From positions 84,653 through 122,127 of the IMG/VR virus record IMGVR_UViG_3300026512_000004: a DNA stretch of 37,475 nucleotides, one strand, 5' to 3'. A program made the position numbers and the translations under genes. Every line of letters starts with the position of its first letter. The first letter of the stretch is position 1. The notes below the pieces were generated by a model. The model made no database searches. It saw nothing but the letters and a program-made list of their open reading frames with translations, and was not told the DNA's origin. The DNA is from a virus (lineage: Duplodnaviria; Heunggongvirae; Uroviricota; Caudoviricetes). Shown here one piece after another: positions 8,614-18,700 of this stretch.

Positions 8614-10512
8614 TTAATATCCAGCTCCTCCAGTACTACCAGTACCAGTTATATCGGTTTCAACTTGTGCCTTCATAGCATTCTTCTCAAACTCATCCCA
8701 ATCAACATAAGGCATGTATGTACGCATAAGATACATAGGATCAACAGATACACCAAGTCCACGAAACATCTGAACAAGGTTGCTAAGAGATCCCATCGTC
8801 TGTTCAAGAAACTGCAGCATTAAAACAACTGGTGGTATTAATCGTATCTCTATTAACTCGTCCAATCGTTGTGCTACTTCATCATCAGGCATGATGTATC
8901 TTGCAATTGTAGACACTAAATCCGTCAAGTAGTCGTTCACATGTTCCTGATAGTCAGAAATAGTGTTGGCGAATGTAACATTAGCATGTACCAACTGTTC
9001 ACGCAGTTCTACAACATCTACAAACCCAAGAAAAGGAGCTGGTACACCGGACGCTGCTATTAATTCACGTCGTAATTCCTCTAGATCAGCCGTTTTTATA
9101 TTAGGGTCGCCCATAGATTGAATTTCGACATCTATAAAACGCTGACCACCTTTACTCATCAAAATCATGTCTTTAAACTCAGTTAGAATACGTGGTAACG
9201 ACTTCAATGTAGCTATCTCATCTATAGTTAATTTGTTACGGGTCTCACGAACAACCTGTTGAACAATGTTCATGTGCTGTAGTTTAGCACCTACTTCGAC
9301 AATCCACTTACGTATAACAGCAGCTCTTGATGTCTTAATGACTAAATTGGCCAATAAAGTGAGAATGTACATACGACCAGGCAATACCATAGGATCCAAA
9401 ACAGATGCGCCAAAAGGCCAAAAATCATCCGAAACTAAACGACCCCACACCATGCGTTTAACCGGTATAAACCGGATTTTCCCTTGGGAAAGGCGCTGAT
9501 GTGATTGTAGGTCAAAATACATATTCTTGATAAAATCGGCAACTTGTACGGAAAACTCCCGCTGCAATATATCATCTAGAGATGTAACAGAAAAATCATA
9601 CTTCTGCGCAAGTGTGTTTAACAACCTTTGGGACAACCGCTTGGCAAGGTCTTCAAACGTATCCCTTACAATGCCTTTATCAACACTAACCCCGGCTAGA
9701 TTTAACAAAGTGGAAGCCATCCTTTGACCAACAGTACGAGACACCGACATAGACATAGGCATAACTTCTATGTAACCATAGACACTACCATACTTAGATA
9801 CCAAAGGAACAACACGTTCAGGTGGTATAGAGCGTAAAACCACATGGTGTTTAGAAGTTTCCTTTTGTTGAACTTCCTCTTCTTCAACAATGGTGAACAG
9901 TGTACGTAGTAACTCAGACTCAGCCTGTTGTCTAGAATGCTTGGACAAATTGGCCAACTGAGTTACTTCGGCTTCCGTCAAAACAACAGAATGATCAGAC
10001 TTCATCTTCAACTTGTAAACTGGAACAATCTCGGTAAAACAATCACCACGTTTCAAGAGAGTAGGCAAATCACGATTACGTAAACGGCGAAATATACGAT
10101 AACTCTCTATGATATTGCGCGCTATTGTTTCAGCGCGTCCTAAAACTTCCTTCTTCTCATCCTTGGCAAGTGGTGAAGTACGTATAATATAACGTGCACC
10201 AGTAATAGGATCACGTAATAACATCTGAGATCTGTAAACACGGAGAACTCGTTTACACAAAGGAACAAGAGAATACACATGGTCATACATTCTGTAACGA
10301 TCTAAACGAGATTGTTCGACCTGAAGACCAGAGAAGAGGTCCTGAATTAACTGCTCAAACTTATCTGTAGAACCAGAGGACAACCAGTTTAGCAACTCAG
10401 AAAAAGCCTCTTGTTCCTCCTTGGAGAACTGAACATCGAGTTCCCTTTTGGACAATCCACGTAGATACGTTGTTATACTGTCTGTTAACTTTAGGATGTC
10501 GTCTTTAGTCAT
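8614..10512 (-). CDS. Portal protein, T4 gp20-like
   Basis: RLDRYRMYD, LLKRGDCFTEI, FWPFGASVLDPM, KTSRAAVIRKWIVEVG, ELIAASGVPAPFLG; head-module position. Confidence 0.85.
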   Translation of the reverse strand: MTKDDILKLTDSITTYLRGLSKRELDVQFSKEEQEAFSELLNWLSSGSTDKFEQLIQDLFSGLQVEQSRLDRYRMYDHVYSLVPLCKRVLRVYRSQMLLRDPITGARYIIRTSPLAKDEKKEVLGRAETIARNIIESYRIFRRLRNRDLPTLLKRGDCFTEIVPVYKLKMKSDHSVVLTEAEVTQLANLSKHSRQQAESELLRTLFTIVEEEEVQQKETSKHHVVLRSIPPERVVPLVSKYGSVYGYIEVMPMSMSVSRTVGQRMASTLLNLAGVSVDKGIVRDTFEDLAKRLSQRLLNTLAQKYDFSVTSLDDILQREFSVQVADFIKNMYFDLQSHQRLSQGKIRFIPVKRMVWGRLVSDDFWPFGASVLDPMVLPGRMYILTLLANLVIKTSRAAVIRKWIVEVGAKLQHMNIVQQVVRETRNKLTIDEIATLKSLPRILTEFKDMILMSKGGQRFIDVEIQSMGDPNIKTADLEELRRELIAASGVPAPFLGFVDVVELREQLVHANVTFANTISDYQEHVNDYLTDLVSTIARYIMPDDEVAQRLDELIEIRLIPPVVLMLQFLEQTMGSLSNLVQMFRGLGVSVDPMYLMRTYMPYVDWDEFEKNAMKAQVETDITGTGSTGGAGY

Positions 10513-10553
10513 AAGCAGCCATATTGAAACTTATTTTGTGTGAGAGTTCGCTA

Positions 10554-10919
10554 TCACAATAACTCAGTAGGGTTGTACTCGTTAAGCGTTTTAACCGTTT
10601 CGTGGTAAAAATAGTGAAATATAGATGTGGTCAAATGGTACTTGCCATAAATACTTAATAGATACAACCGTAGTGGCAGATAGAGAGAATTGTAGAACTC
10701 AGAAGTACACCCTGTTAACGTCTTGTAAATGTCATCACGAAGCTTCTGTGTGGTACGCTTACCACGCAACTCGACAATCTTCAGAATACGTGGTCTAACA
10801 GTAATATCGTAGTACTCAGCTAGAATACGTTGATAAATTTGATGTACCCTTGAGTACCAAACATAGTGGGCAGTAATAAGTATCAACCATAGTAATATTA
10901 CGACAAAAACATAAAGCAT
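10554..10919 (-). CDS. Hypothetical membrane-anchored protein
   Basis: N-terminal hydrophobic segment MLYVFVVILLWLILITAHYVWY; coupled by a TAATG overlap to the upstream ORF. Confidence 0.6.
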   Translation of the reverse strand: MLYVFVVILLWLILITAHYVWYSRVHQIYQRILAEYYDITVRPRILKIVELRGKRTTQKLRDDIYKTLTGCTSEFYNSLYLPLRLYLLSIYGKYHLTTSIFHYFYHETVKTLNEYNPTELL

Positions 10920-11200
10920 TAGACGTCAGAGTCCTCTACGGATTCAACGTCATCCTCAAGTTCAGCCTCAAGTTCATCGAGGAGCTGATCAATAGCCTCC
11001 TCAGGAACATCTGCAAGATCAGACGCTTCAGCAGATTCAACTAAGGCCTCAAGATACTTATCGAGTCCACCCTGTTCCTGTATAGATTCAGAAATAGCAG
11101 AGGCAGCTTCTACACCACGATAAAATCCACGAATACCGTCTTCTACAGCGGACTCGAAAATAGAATCAACAAGCTGTTCAACAAAATTCTTTTCACTCAT
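10919..11200 (-). CDS. Acidic prohead core / scaffold-like protein
   Basis: 93 aa, very D/E-rich, several (I/L/F)-x-E sites, strong AAGGAGG RBS, first gene of the head cluster. Confidence 0.55.
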   Translation of the reverse strand: MSEKNFVEQLVDSIFESAVEDGIRGFYRGVEAASAISESIQEQGGLDKYLEALVESAEASDLADVPEEAIDQLLDELEAELEDDVESVEDSDV

Positions 11201-11375
11201 ACTGAAACCTCCTTTGTGTGTTTATTAGTTTGATAATAGTGTTCAGAAACGTTCAAATTGGTAACCGATACCTGGTCATTAGACCGTTGGTACATCTGAC
11301 CAATAATAGTTAAACTTGACGAAATAAAGTGATAATAAAAGACTATGTACATGTATCAACGTAGAGTCTCTGTAT

Positions 11376-12998
11376 TTAGATGATTAAGGATGTATCATGA
11401 GTAACAAGCAGATTCTCAGTAAGTGGATTAGAAGCTTCCTGAAGTATTGTCGTGTCCAAATCCTTGGTACGACGTAAATCAACAGTTAGTTCTGTCAAAT
11501 CGTTGTAAAAACGAAGATTCTCTTGATTGAAAAGTAAGTAGGAAGATATATTACGGGGAGCATCTTTTGCTTTGGTAATAGCTATTTCTACGGGTATAAT
11601 CGTACCGTGTAAATCTTGTACATCTGGAAGAGGATTGGTCTGGTCCTTATAAACATGTTCTAGAACACGTGGGTCTGTGAGTGGGAGCTGTTCGTTTTGA
11701 CGAATCATATAGACATAATCAGAATAACGTATTTTCTTATAGGAATCGCCGACAATACGATTAGAAAGAACAATGTTAGGGTCTTCTGCCAAACGTTGGT
11801 TCTGAGTAGCGGTTATAATAGGTACACCATTTTGTGCTGCAATTGCACGTAGTTCCTGAACCACGTAACCCTGTAAATTGTACTCTTTATCTTGTTGTTG
11901 ATGCTTAGATGGAAGAATTAGGTCTAAATAGTCTAAGAAAACAGCAACTGGTGTAAAACCCTGGGCACGAAGGAACTCTATAAAACGACGAATATCGTTA
12001 GTAGTCAGTGAATATTCGTCTGAATGTTTGAGTACAATACGAGGTATATATGCTGGGTCGTGATTTCCGATGATGTATGTGTAAAGTGTATTCGATAAAA
12101 TTGACTTAGCAGTATCAGGATTGATAGCACGCTGATGGATTAAATGTGCAAGTTGTTGGTAGAAATGACGGACTGATTTGGAACGTATATTTCCAAAAAT
12201 AGAAATAAGACGACGAATAAGTCGGTAAATAGAATCTTCGAGAGTTATCCAAACAAACACGTGTTTAGAAGTATAATTGTTATTGGTGATCATTTGACGC
12301 ATCATGTTTAACATAAAGAGAGACTTACCGTGGTTCGAAGCACCAGCAATGATGTGAAGAGTAGACGCTTCAATACCACCTGTAGTGTTGTCGAGAAAAG
12401 TAATGCCAGATTTGTAAAAACCAAAGTGTTGCGATAAATATTTGAGAAGTTGTGATGCAGTTTCTTCTAGTTCTTCTTGGTTAGGACCAATAATCAGATA
12501 ATCGGAAAGTTTGTCTAAATCAAGAGATTGTGTTGTAGATAATTCGTTGTAGATGTCAACGATGGTTTCACGGAAGTCTCGTAAAACACGAATAGCAGAA
12601 GTCGGTGTTAAGTTTTCTGCCTTGGAAAGAATATCTTGATAACGTTTCAAAGCAGTGTAATAGTGTTTTATATTGGTTAGACAATCAAATGCGAAGTTAA
12701 ATTTATCAACTAATTCACGTGTATCTTTTGATTTGACTGGTATTACGTACCGATAAATGTTGTGTAATTTTGCTATTTCAATTTTAGATGTCTGTGGTTT
12801 GTACCAATTGTCTAAAAGTAGTTCAATGGCTTCTAGTTCTTGTTGACGAATACGTGGTAGTGGTAATTGTTTTAGCTGATTAATGTACTCTTTGAGATTC
12901 TCTTTTAACCCTGGAACACTGCGTAACGTAAGTTCGATTATAACGCCAAGTATCTCGTCTGTAACAAATGACTGTATTAAAAGTCGCGACAAGCCCAT
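11376..12998 (-). CDS. DnaB-like (SF4) replicative helicase
   Basis: Walker A GASNHGKS, Walker B VFLDYLDL, IITATQNQR, DSYKKIRYSD. Confidence 0.9.
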   Translation of the reverse strand: MGLSRLLIQSFVTDEILGVIIELTLRSVPGLKENLKEYINQLKQLPLPRIRQQELEAIELLLDNWYKPQTSKIEIAKLHNIYRYVIPVKSKDTRELVDKFNFAFDCLTNIKHYYTALKRYQDILSKAENLTPTSAIRVLRDFRETIVDIYNELSTTQSLDLDKLSDYLIIGPNQEELEETASQLLKYLSQHFGFYKSGITFLDNTTGGIEASTLHIIAGASNHGKSLFMLNMMRQMITNNNYTSKHVFVWITLEDSIYRLIRRLISIFGNIRSKSVRHFYQQLAHLIHQRAINPDTAKSILSNTLYTYIIGNHDPAYIPRIVLKHSDEYSLTTNDIRRFIEFLRAQGFTPVAVFLDYLDLILPSKHQQQDKEYNLQGYVVQELRAIAAQNGVPIITATQNQRLAEDPNIVLSNRIVGDSYKKIRYSDYVYMIRQNEQLPLTDPRVLEHVYKDQTNPLPDVQDLHGTIIPVEIAITKAKDAPRNISSYLLFNQENLRFYNDLTELTVDLRRTKDLDTTILQEASNPLTENLLVTHDTSLII

Positions 12999-13006
12999 AG
13001 TTGGAT

Positions 13007-14509
13007 TTATCTATTGTTCGTCTGAACTGTAAAAGTAGATGCAGCATCAATGAAAATCTGACGATGAAGACAAGCCTTAAGTAGATAATTCACAAGAGAA
13101 TTAACAATATGAAGAGCAGATGGCGAATAGAAAAGACGAATAATAGTGCTTCGAACAGCAGACTCATTTAGTTCGGAAAAAGAATAAGAACGAATACAAG
13201 ATGTAACAGAAGATATGACAGGTTCAAAATCTGGTACGTAAGATGCGATAAGTAGTGGTAAAAGGTATCGTTTTACAGCAAGATAAGTAGAAATCTCTAG
13301 GATTTGCTGTGGTGGTACTTGTAACGAATGAGCTACAAGTACAGAAGAAACATTGTCAGTAATAGTAGGTAATTTAGTGGAGATAACCATTGTTAAATAA
13401 TTGTTAAGAGCTTCGGTACAAATAGACGTAATGTGTTCATATGGCGACGATGCAAGATAACCATACTTGATCAATTGTATAAAATATTGTGTGTATTTCG
13501 GTATTTCTTCTATATTTGAAACATCAATGTCTGGGGCGGGTAATTCCAGATTGTTCACCGCTTCCAAAAGTAGATTAATAAAAAAAGCAGGATCTTTTGT
13601 ATAAACACTGGTCGCTTGTACTACATCGTACACTAAAGGAAAACACGAATCGCGTAGGTTATTAAACGCAGATAACTCAATATCAAAAGGAGGTAACGGT
13701 TGATTCAGCAAAACTTCCTTAACGGCAAGTTTTGGACAAAGATTTAATAAGGTACGTTTTACATAAGGTTGATAATCTACTGAATATTCAAGTAATGGTG
13801 TAAAACAGGAAGATAAATCTGAAATTATAGCTTCGTACTTTTGAGAACTGATATCAGGTACAGCAAGATTGTCTTCATCATAATGCCAATAATAAACACA
13901 ATAAGGTGTAATACAACTGAAAAAGTATTTGGCAATTTCCAACCCGTTGAACAAGGAAGATACACGTGTTGAAAGATCAGTCTTCGAAAATAAAGTACCA
14001 ATATTAGATGTGAAAACACTACTAATACGACCTTGTATACGACAGGCAGAAAGAGATATAAAAATTAGAAGCGCGGTTAAAATACAGCTTTGGTCTATGT
14101 TAGACGGACCGAGTGACAAATACGTCGGTAGAAGAGTTAAATCAAGAAGTGAAATAGATAATCGTGATAAAGTGTTACAAGATGCTAAAATTAAAGTGAA
14201 GGGTATATAAGACCGTTCATCTATATGACGTATTGTCACCAACGTGTTCAAACTGTTAGATAAAAGTGTCAACTGCTGATATCCCAAATCAGAAAGATTA
14301 ACCGTTAAATTGCGTATAAAAGATGGATCAAAAGTAGTAGAATCTAACGATGTGAAAAACCGGGGTTCCGCCAAGATATTTGCTTTAATACTGGTAATGT
14401 GCGTTAGTTTATCCGAAAGGACATATAAACACTTTTGAGCAAGTTTAAATTGTGTCTCTAAATCATACGATTTCACTAAATTAGAAAAATAACTGTCAAC
14501 ACCATACAT
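13007..14509 (-). CDS. Hypothetical protein (500 aa, L/S/I-rich)
   Basis: Long ORF coupled to its neighbour by overlap; no motif recognised. Confidence 0.65.
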   Translation of the reverse strand: MYGVDSYFSNLVKSYDLETQFKLAQKCLYVLSDKLTHITSIKANILAEPRFFTSLDSTTFDPSFIRNLTVNLSDLGYQQLTLLSNSLNTLVTIRHIDERSYIPFTLILASCNTLSRLSISLLDLTLLPTYLSLGPSNIDQSCILTALLIFISLSACRIQGRISSVFTSNIGTLFSKTDLSTRVSSLFNGLEIAKYFFSCITPYCVYYWHYDEDNLAVPDISSQKYEAIISDLSSCFTPLLEYSVDYQPYVKRTLLNLCPKLAVKEVLLNQPLPPFDIELSAFNNLRDSCFPLVYDVVQATSVYTKDPAFFINLLLEAVNNLELPAPDIDVSNIEEIPKYTQYFIQLIKYGYLASSPYEHITSICTEALNNYLTMVISTKLPTITDNVSSVLVAHSLQVPPQQILEISTYLAVKRYLLPLLIASYVPDFEPVISSVTSCIRSYSFSELNESAVRSTIIRLFYSPSALHIVNSLVNYLLKACLHRQIFIDAASTFTVQTNNR

Positions 14510-15768
14510 TATGCAAGACCTGTGAATGTATCGTTGCGGTTAGATTGTCTAGTTGGTTGAGCGCTTGCTACTTGAGGTGTAGGTCGACGCTGTGGTTCAG
14601 CTAAAGGTGTAGAACGACGACCAGTAGGTGCGATTCGTCTTACACCACCGACAATAGAAGACGGAGCTGGACGAAAAGAATCAATAACAGCAGACACAGT
14701 TGGCATTAAAACGTTAAATTGCTCATCATATTTGTCCAAAAGTTCCAACTCTGTATCTTCTATATTAGCATAGTCATATGTACTTGTGTGTGAAGATGGC
14801 TTGACAACAGCAAATCCTGGCATTAATGGACGTATTGTAATGTTCAGGTAAACAGAAAGAGGTTGTTTGTAGAAATTGAAAACAGTATCTTGACCACCAC
14901 GATTAATAGAAATAGATTCTATACAACCAAGACGAATGTCTGTAATACCATAAGCACGAACACGCACCGGAATTACTTCACCATAAGTAACACCAGACGT
15001 GGTACTAGGACTACCGAGTAAAAGTAAATAGAGGAGAGGTTTAACTACAAACTCTTTAATTGCTTTAGGACATCCATAAGGAGAAACTAAACGAACAGTT
15101 AAATTAAAAGTGGACGAATAATCAGAATCCATCCATATACGAGGAAATGAAATACGGTATCCCTTGCCTAACCACTCAATCAAGGTACTTGCAATTGACT
15201 TTAATTGGTTACGCGTCTGATCGCTAAGAATAAGACTACCGAGTTTATCAATTACATTGCTAACAACATCTTCAGCCATTGCTTGAGCTTTATTTTCATA
15301 AACAGGACTACCGGAACGTAAAGTACGCATACCCGAAAGTACGGCTTGAATAGCACGTGTATTTGCTGCCATTGAATTCAACATACTGGCAATCTTATTT
15401 TCTTGCCAACTAATTGTTATATTTTCATTGGCAGTCATTTCGTCAGTAACGAAAAGGCGAACACCTAAAACAGGATCAAGCCCATAAATAGAACAACGAT
15501 CTTGATACTCCTTTGACGCGTCTTTGTAATCCAGAGTGTATTTGATAGGAAATGTTTCACCTGTATTATCGTAACTTACCTTATAGTAAACAGGAATAAG
15601 GTCAACAACATGCATTCTGGCACGGAAAATAGTGTTAATGATGCCAGTTGTATCTACAGAAGTAGGTAGTTTAATAGGACGACCAATTTCTACAAAAGAA
15701 GTCGAACTTGCTGGTGTTTGATGTGATTGTGGTTGTGTTGAAGATCGCATTGTTTGTGGTAAAGGCAT
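14509..15768 (-). CDS. Baseplate / tail-tube initiator, gp48/gp54-like
   Basis: FPRIWMDSDYSSTFNLTVRLVSPYG and GCIESISINRGG resemble tube-fold baseplate proteins of large myoviruses; follows the tape measure gene. Confidence 0.55.
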   Translation of the reverse strand: MPLPQTMRSSTQPQSHQTPASSTSFVEIGRPIKLPTSVDTTGIINTIFRARMHVVDLIPVYYKVSYDNTGETFPIKYTLDYKDASKEYQDRCSIYGLDPVLGVRLFVTDEMTANENITISWQENKIASMLNSMAANTRAIQAVLSGMRTLRSGSPVYENKAQAMAEDVVSNVIDKLGSLILSDQTRNQLKSIASTLIEWLGKGYRISFPRIWMDSDYSSTFNLTVRLVSPYGCPKAIKEFVVKPLLYLLLLGSPSTTSGVTYGEVIPVRVRAYGITDIRLGCIESISINRGGQDTVFNFYKQPLSVYLNITIRPLMPGFAVVKPSSHTSTYDYANIEDTELELLDKYDEQFNVLMPTVSAVIDSFRPAPSSIVGGVRRIAPTGRRSTPLAEPQRRPTPQVASAQPTRQSNRNDTFTGLA

Positions 15769-15771
15769 AGT

Positions 15772-18700
15772 CTAAGAAACAATATATGTCAAACTGCGTT
15801 GTACAAAGAGATTAGGATAAGTCTCAAGAAGTTCTCGGTCAAATTCGCTTAATTGTTCTTGTTCTGGTGCAATAGAGCTTGTGAGCGTGTTAGCTGTTGG
15901 TGGTAAAGGTGGTAAGATTTGTTCATTACGACGAACATCTTGTTCAAAACGACGATGTACAACACGTTCAACACGTGTAGCAGTAGTATCTAGTTCAACA
16001 GGTCTACGAACTGTTACTCTATATTCTTGTACAGGTACATCTGGCAACACTTTTTCCCAATTATGGACACGATCATAACGCTTACGAAGACGTATTGCAG
16101 CTTGAATAACACCAAAAGGAACACCTCTTAGACCACCGTATTGTTCATAGGCTGATTGAAGAATCTTTTGTGCCTCTTTAGACTTAGTGAGATAGATTTT
16201 TAAAACATCTTCGGGAATACCATAACGTTCTGCAATAGGAGATGCATGACGTAAGGCAATTGCAAGTATGTTCTCTGCACGCTGTTGTTCTCTGTGATGT
16301 GCAATTACACGTGCGTGCCATGCGTCAAGTGGTTCTTCAGGTTTACGTTTAAATACGCTGTTGTCTATGCTATGATAAGCTTGTTCTGCGCGTGTTAGCC
16401 ACCCATGTAAGTACTTTTTGGCACCGCGACGTACTTTAGCAATATACTCATAACGAGAAACACGGAGGTTGTGCAGATGCGTTAGAAATTTGCCCTCAAG
16501 ACCACGTTCACGTACTACTTGAAGACCTTCTTTTATATTCTCCTTTTTGACACCTAAAACGCCTAACGCTTTAGCAACTAAACGTTTAGCAGTAGGTATA
16601 CCCATATTGACAGCGGTGTCAAAGATATAAAGTCTGATACGAGAATTCGGTACTTTATCTAAGGATAGAGGCTTCCAAAACTTTTCATAGTAAAAACGTG
16701 GAACTAAAGAAGCGGCAGTTTTGAAATCATGTTTGTCAACAAACCGCCACCCTTCCCAATCAGGGTAACTACGACGTGAAATTCCCATAAAAGTCATACC
16801 ACCTGGATCATCAGAATCTGCAGATAGAAGTCCCTCTTTACTTATGACAAAAGAAAACGCTTTAGCAAAATCGGAACCATAATTGGACGCATTGTTCTGA
16901 GCAACTTCAACAATACCACTGACATCCTGACGTTTCAAATCGTGTGCAATAAGTGCTGCGTCTAAACCAATAGACGCAACAGTACCATAACCGGGAACTG
17001 TAGAAGCTAATCCAGAACCAAACTCCAATGCAGCACCCGAAAAATCACCGCTCAATAGCCGTTTTGCCGCAAAAATAGTGCCTGCTATGGCACTTAAAAT
17101 AGGTATTTTCTTAGCTAAAGACTTTAATCCTACTTTCGGTAAGTATTTGGCACCTTTCTCTAAAAGTTCGTCCAGACCAATTTTTGATAGAAGTTTGCGT
17201 CCTTTCTGTAACGCAGACTTAGCAAAATCGATAACACCACTGGGTTTGACAGATACTTTCGGTTTCTTTAAGAAATCTGGGACTTTAAATATTTTACCAA
17301 TAAATCCACCTAACTTACTAAAAACTTTGCCCAAAAGACCAGCAATCTGACTTGCAACTGCACCAGCAAAGAAAGAAAAAGCACCTTTAAACATGCCACC
17401 AAACTTGTCAGCTATAGAGGTAATTAAGTTTTTAACTTCTTTAGGTTTCTGACGTGCTTGTCTTTTCACTAAGGAGTTAAGTTTATCGAGTTCATCAACA
17501 ACACGTTCTAAAAGAGATAACTGTCTTTCACGATATTCTTCTGTCTTCTTTTCACGCTCCTCTTTTCGTTCTTCCTCAAGACGTGATAATAACGCTTGTT
17601 TGGCGCGACTAGTAACACGCTGTACAGTTAAAAGTGGTGCACGAGTATGTTGGAAAAGAGATAACGGGATTTCTTGTTGATGTGAAAGAGTGGAGTAAGC
17701 GAGTTGACTGATAAAAGTTTCGTTTATTTTAGGCCGACCACTAAAGAAACTGGTTAATTGACCTAACGGAGATGACCGAAATGCTTTCTGAAGTATGTTG
17801 TATAAACGTTCTTTCCTTTGCTGATAAACTTGTTGTACTTCTTTTTGTGTCAAGTAACGACCTGTCAGAGGATCCCAAACTAAGGATTTCTTCTCAACGA
17901 CACGTTCGTATCTTTCGCGTATACGTTCTCTTCTTTCGCGTAATCCTCTGTTTTTTAGCAAAAAATCAGCGACTTCTCCTGTTGACTCCGCTATCTCCTC
18001 AAGAAGTCCTACTTTACGATACTCTAACTGAACGATTTCCTGCATTATTTGAGGATAATACTTACCAAGAAAAGTAAACGCAGATTCGCGTACTTTTTCT
18101 TGTGTTAGCGCTAACCCTGCTTTCTCAAGAAGTAACTTCCGATCCTTAACAAGTACGGAAAACTCACCAAAAAGTTTATCGCGTAACTTGACCAGTCCCT
18201 CTCTAAGTATGTCACCTGTTCTGGGAATAGCTTGGATAGCTCTATGGATAGTTCTGACACCTTTTACCGCAACAGTAGCAACGTTAACTAAGGCAGACAA
18301 ACCAGGAATACTATCTATGATACTCTGAATACCACTTAACAGTCTGCCTAAAATAGATTTGCGTTCTTCAGGCTGATAAGCAATAGTGGAACGAAGACCA
18401 AACCCATAACGGCGTATAGATGTTAATTCTGCTAAAATAAAGCGCTGTAAATCGTAAGAAGCTGTGAGTAAAGTCAGCTGTTTTGCTGCATCAGGTACAG
18501 ATGCAACCAACTGAGGTCCAGACGTAGACATTAATCTAAATTGACTATAGGAAACACCTAGAGCAAGACGACGTTTTTCAAGTTCTTTCCTATCTTCACC
18601 ACGTATCTGACGGAGAATTTCTAAAGTTCTACGAGGTGTTCTACCAGTGAGAAGAAACGTCATTAATTGAGAAAAAGGATCAAATTTATTGATTAGTTCA

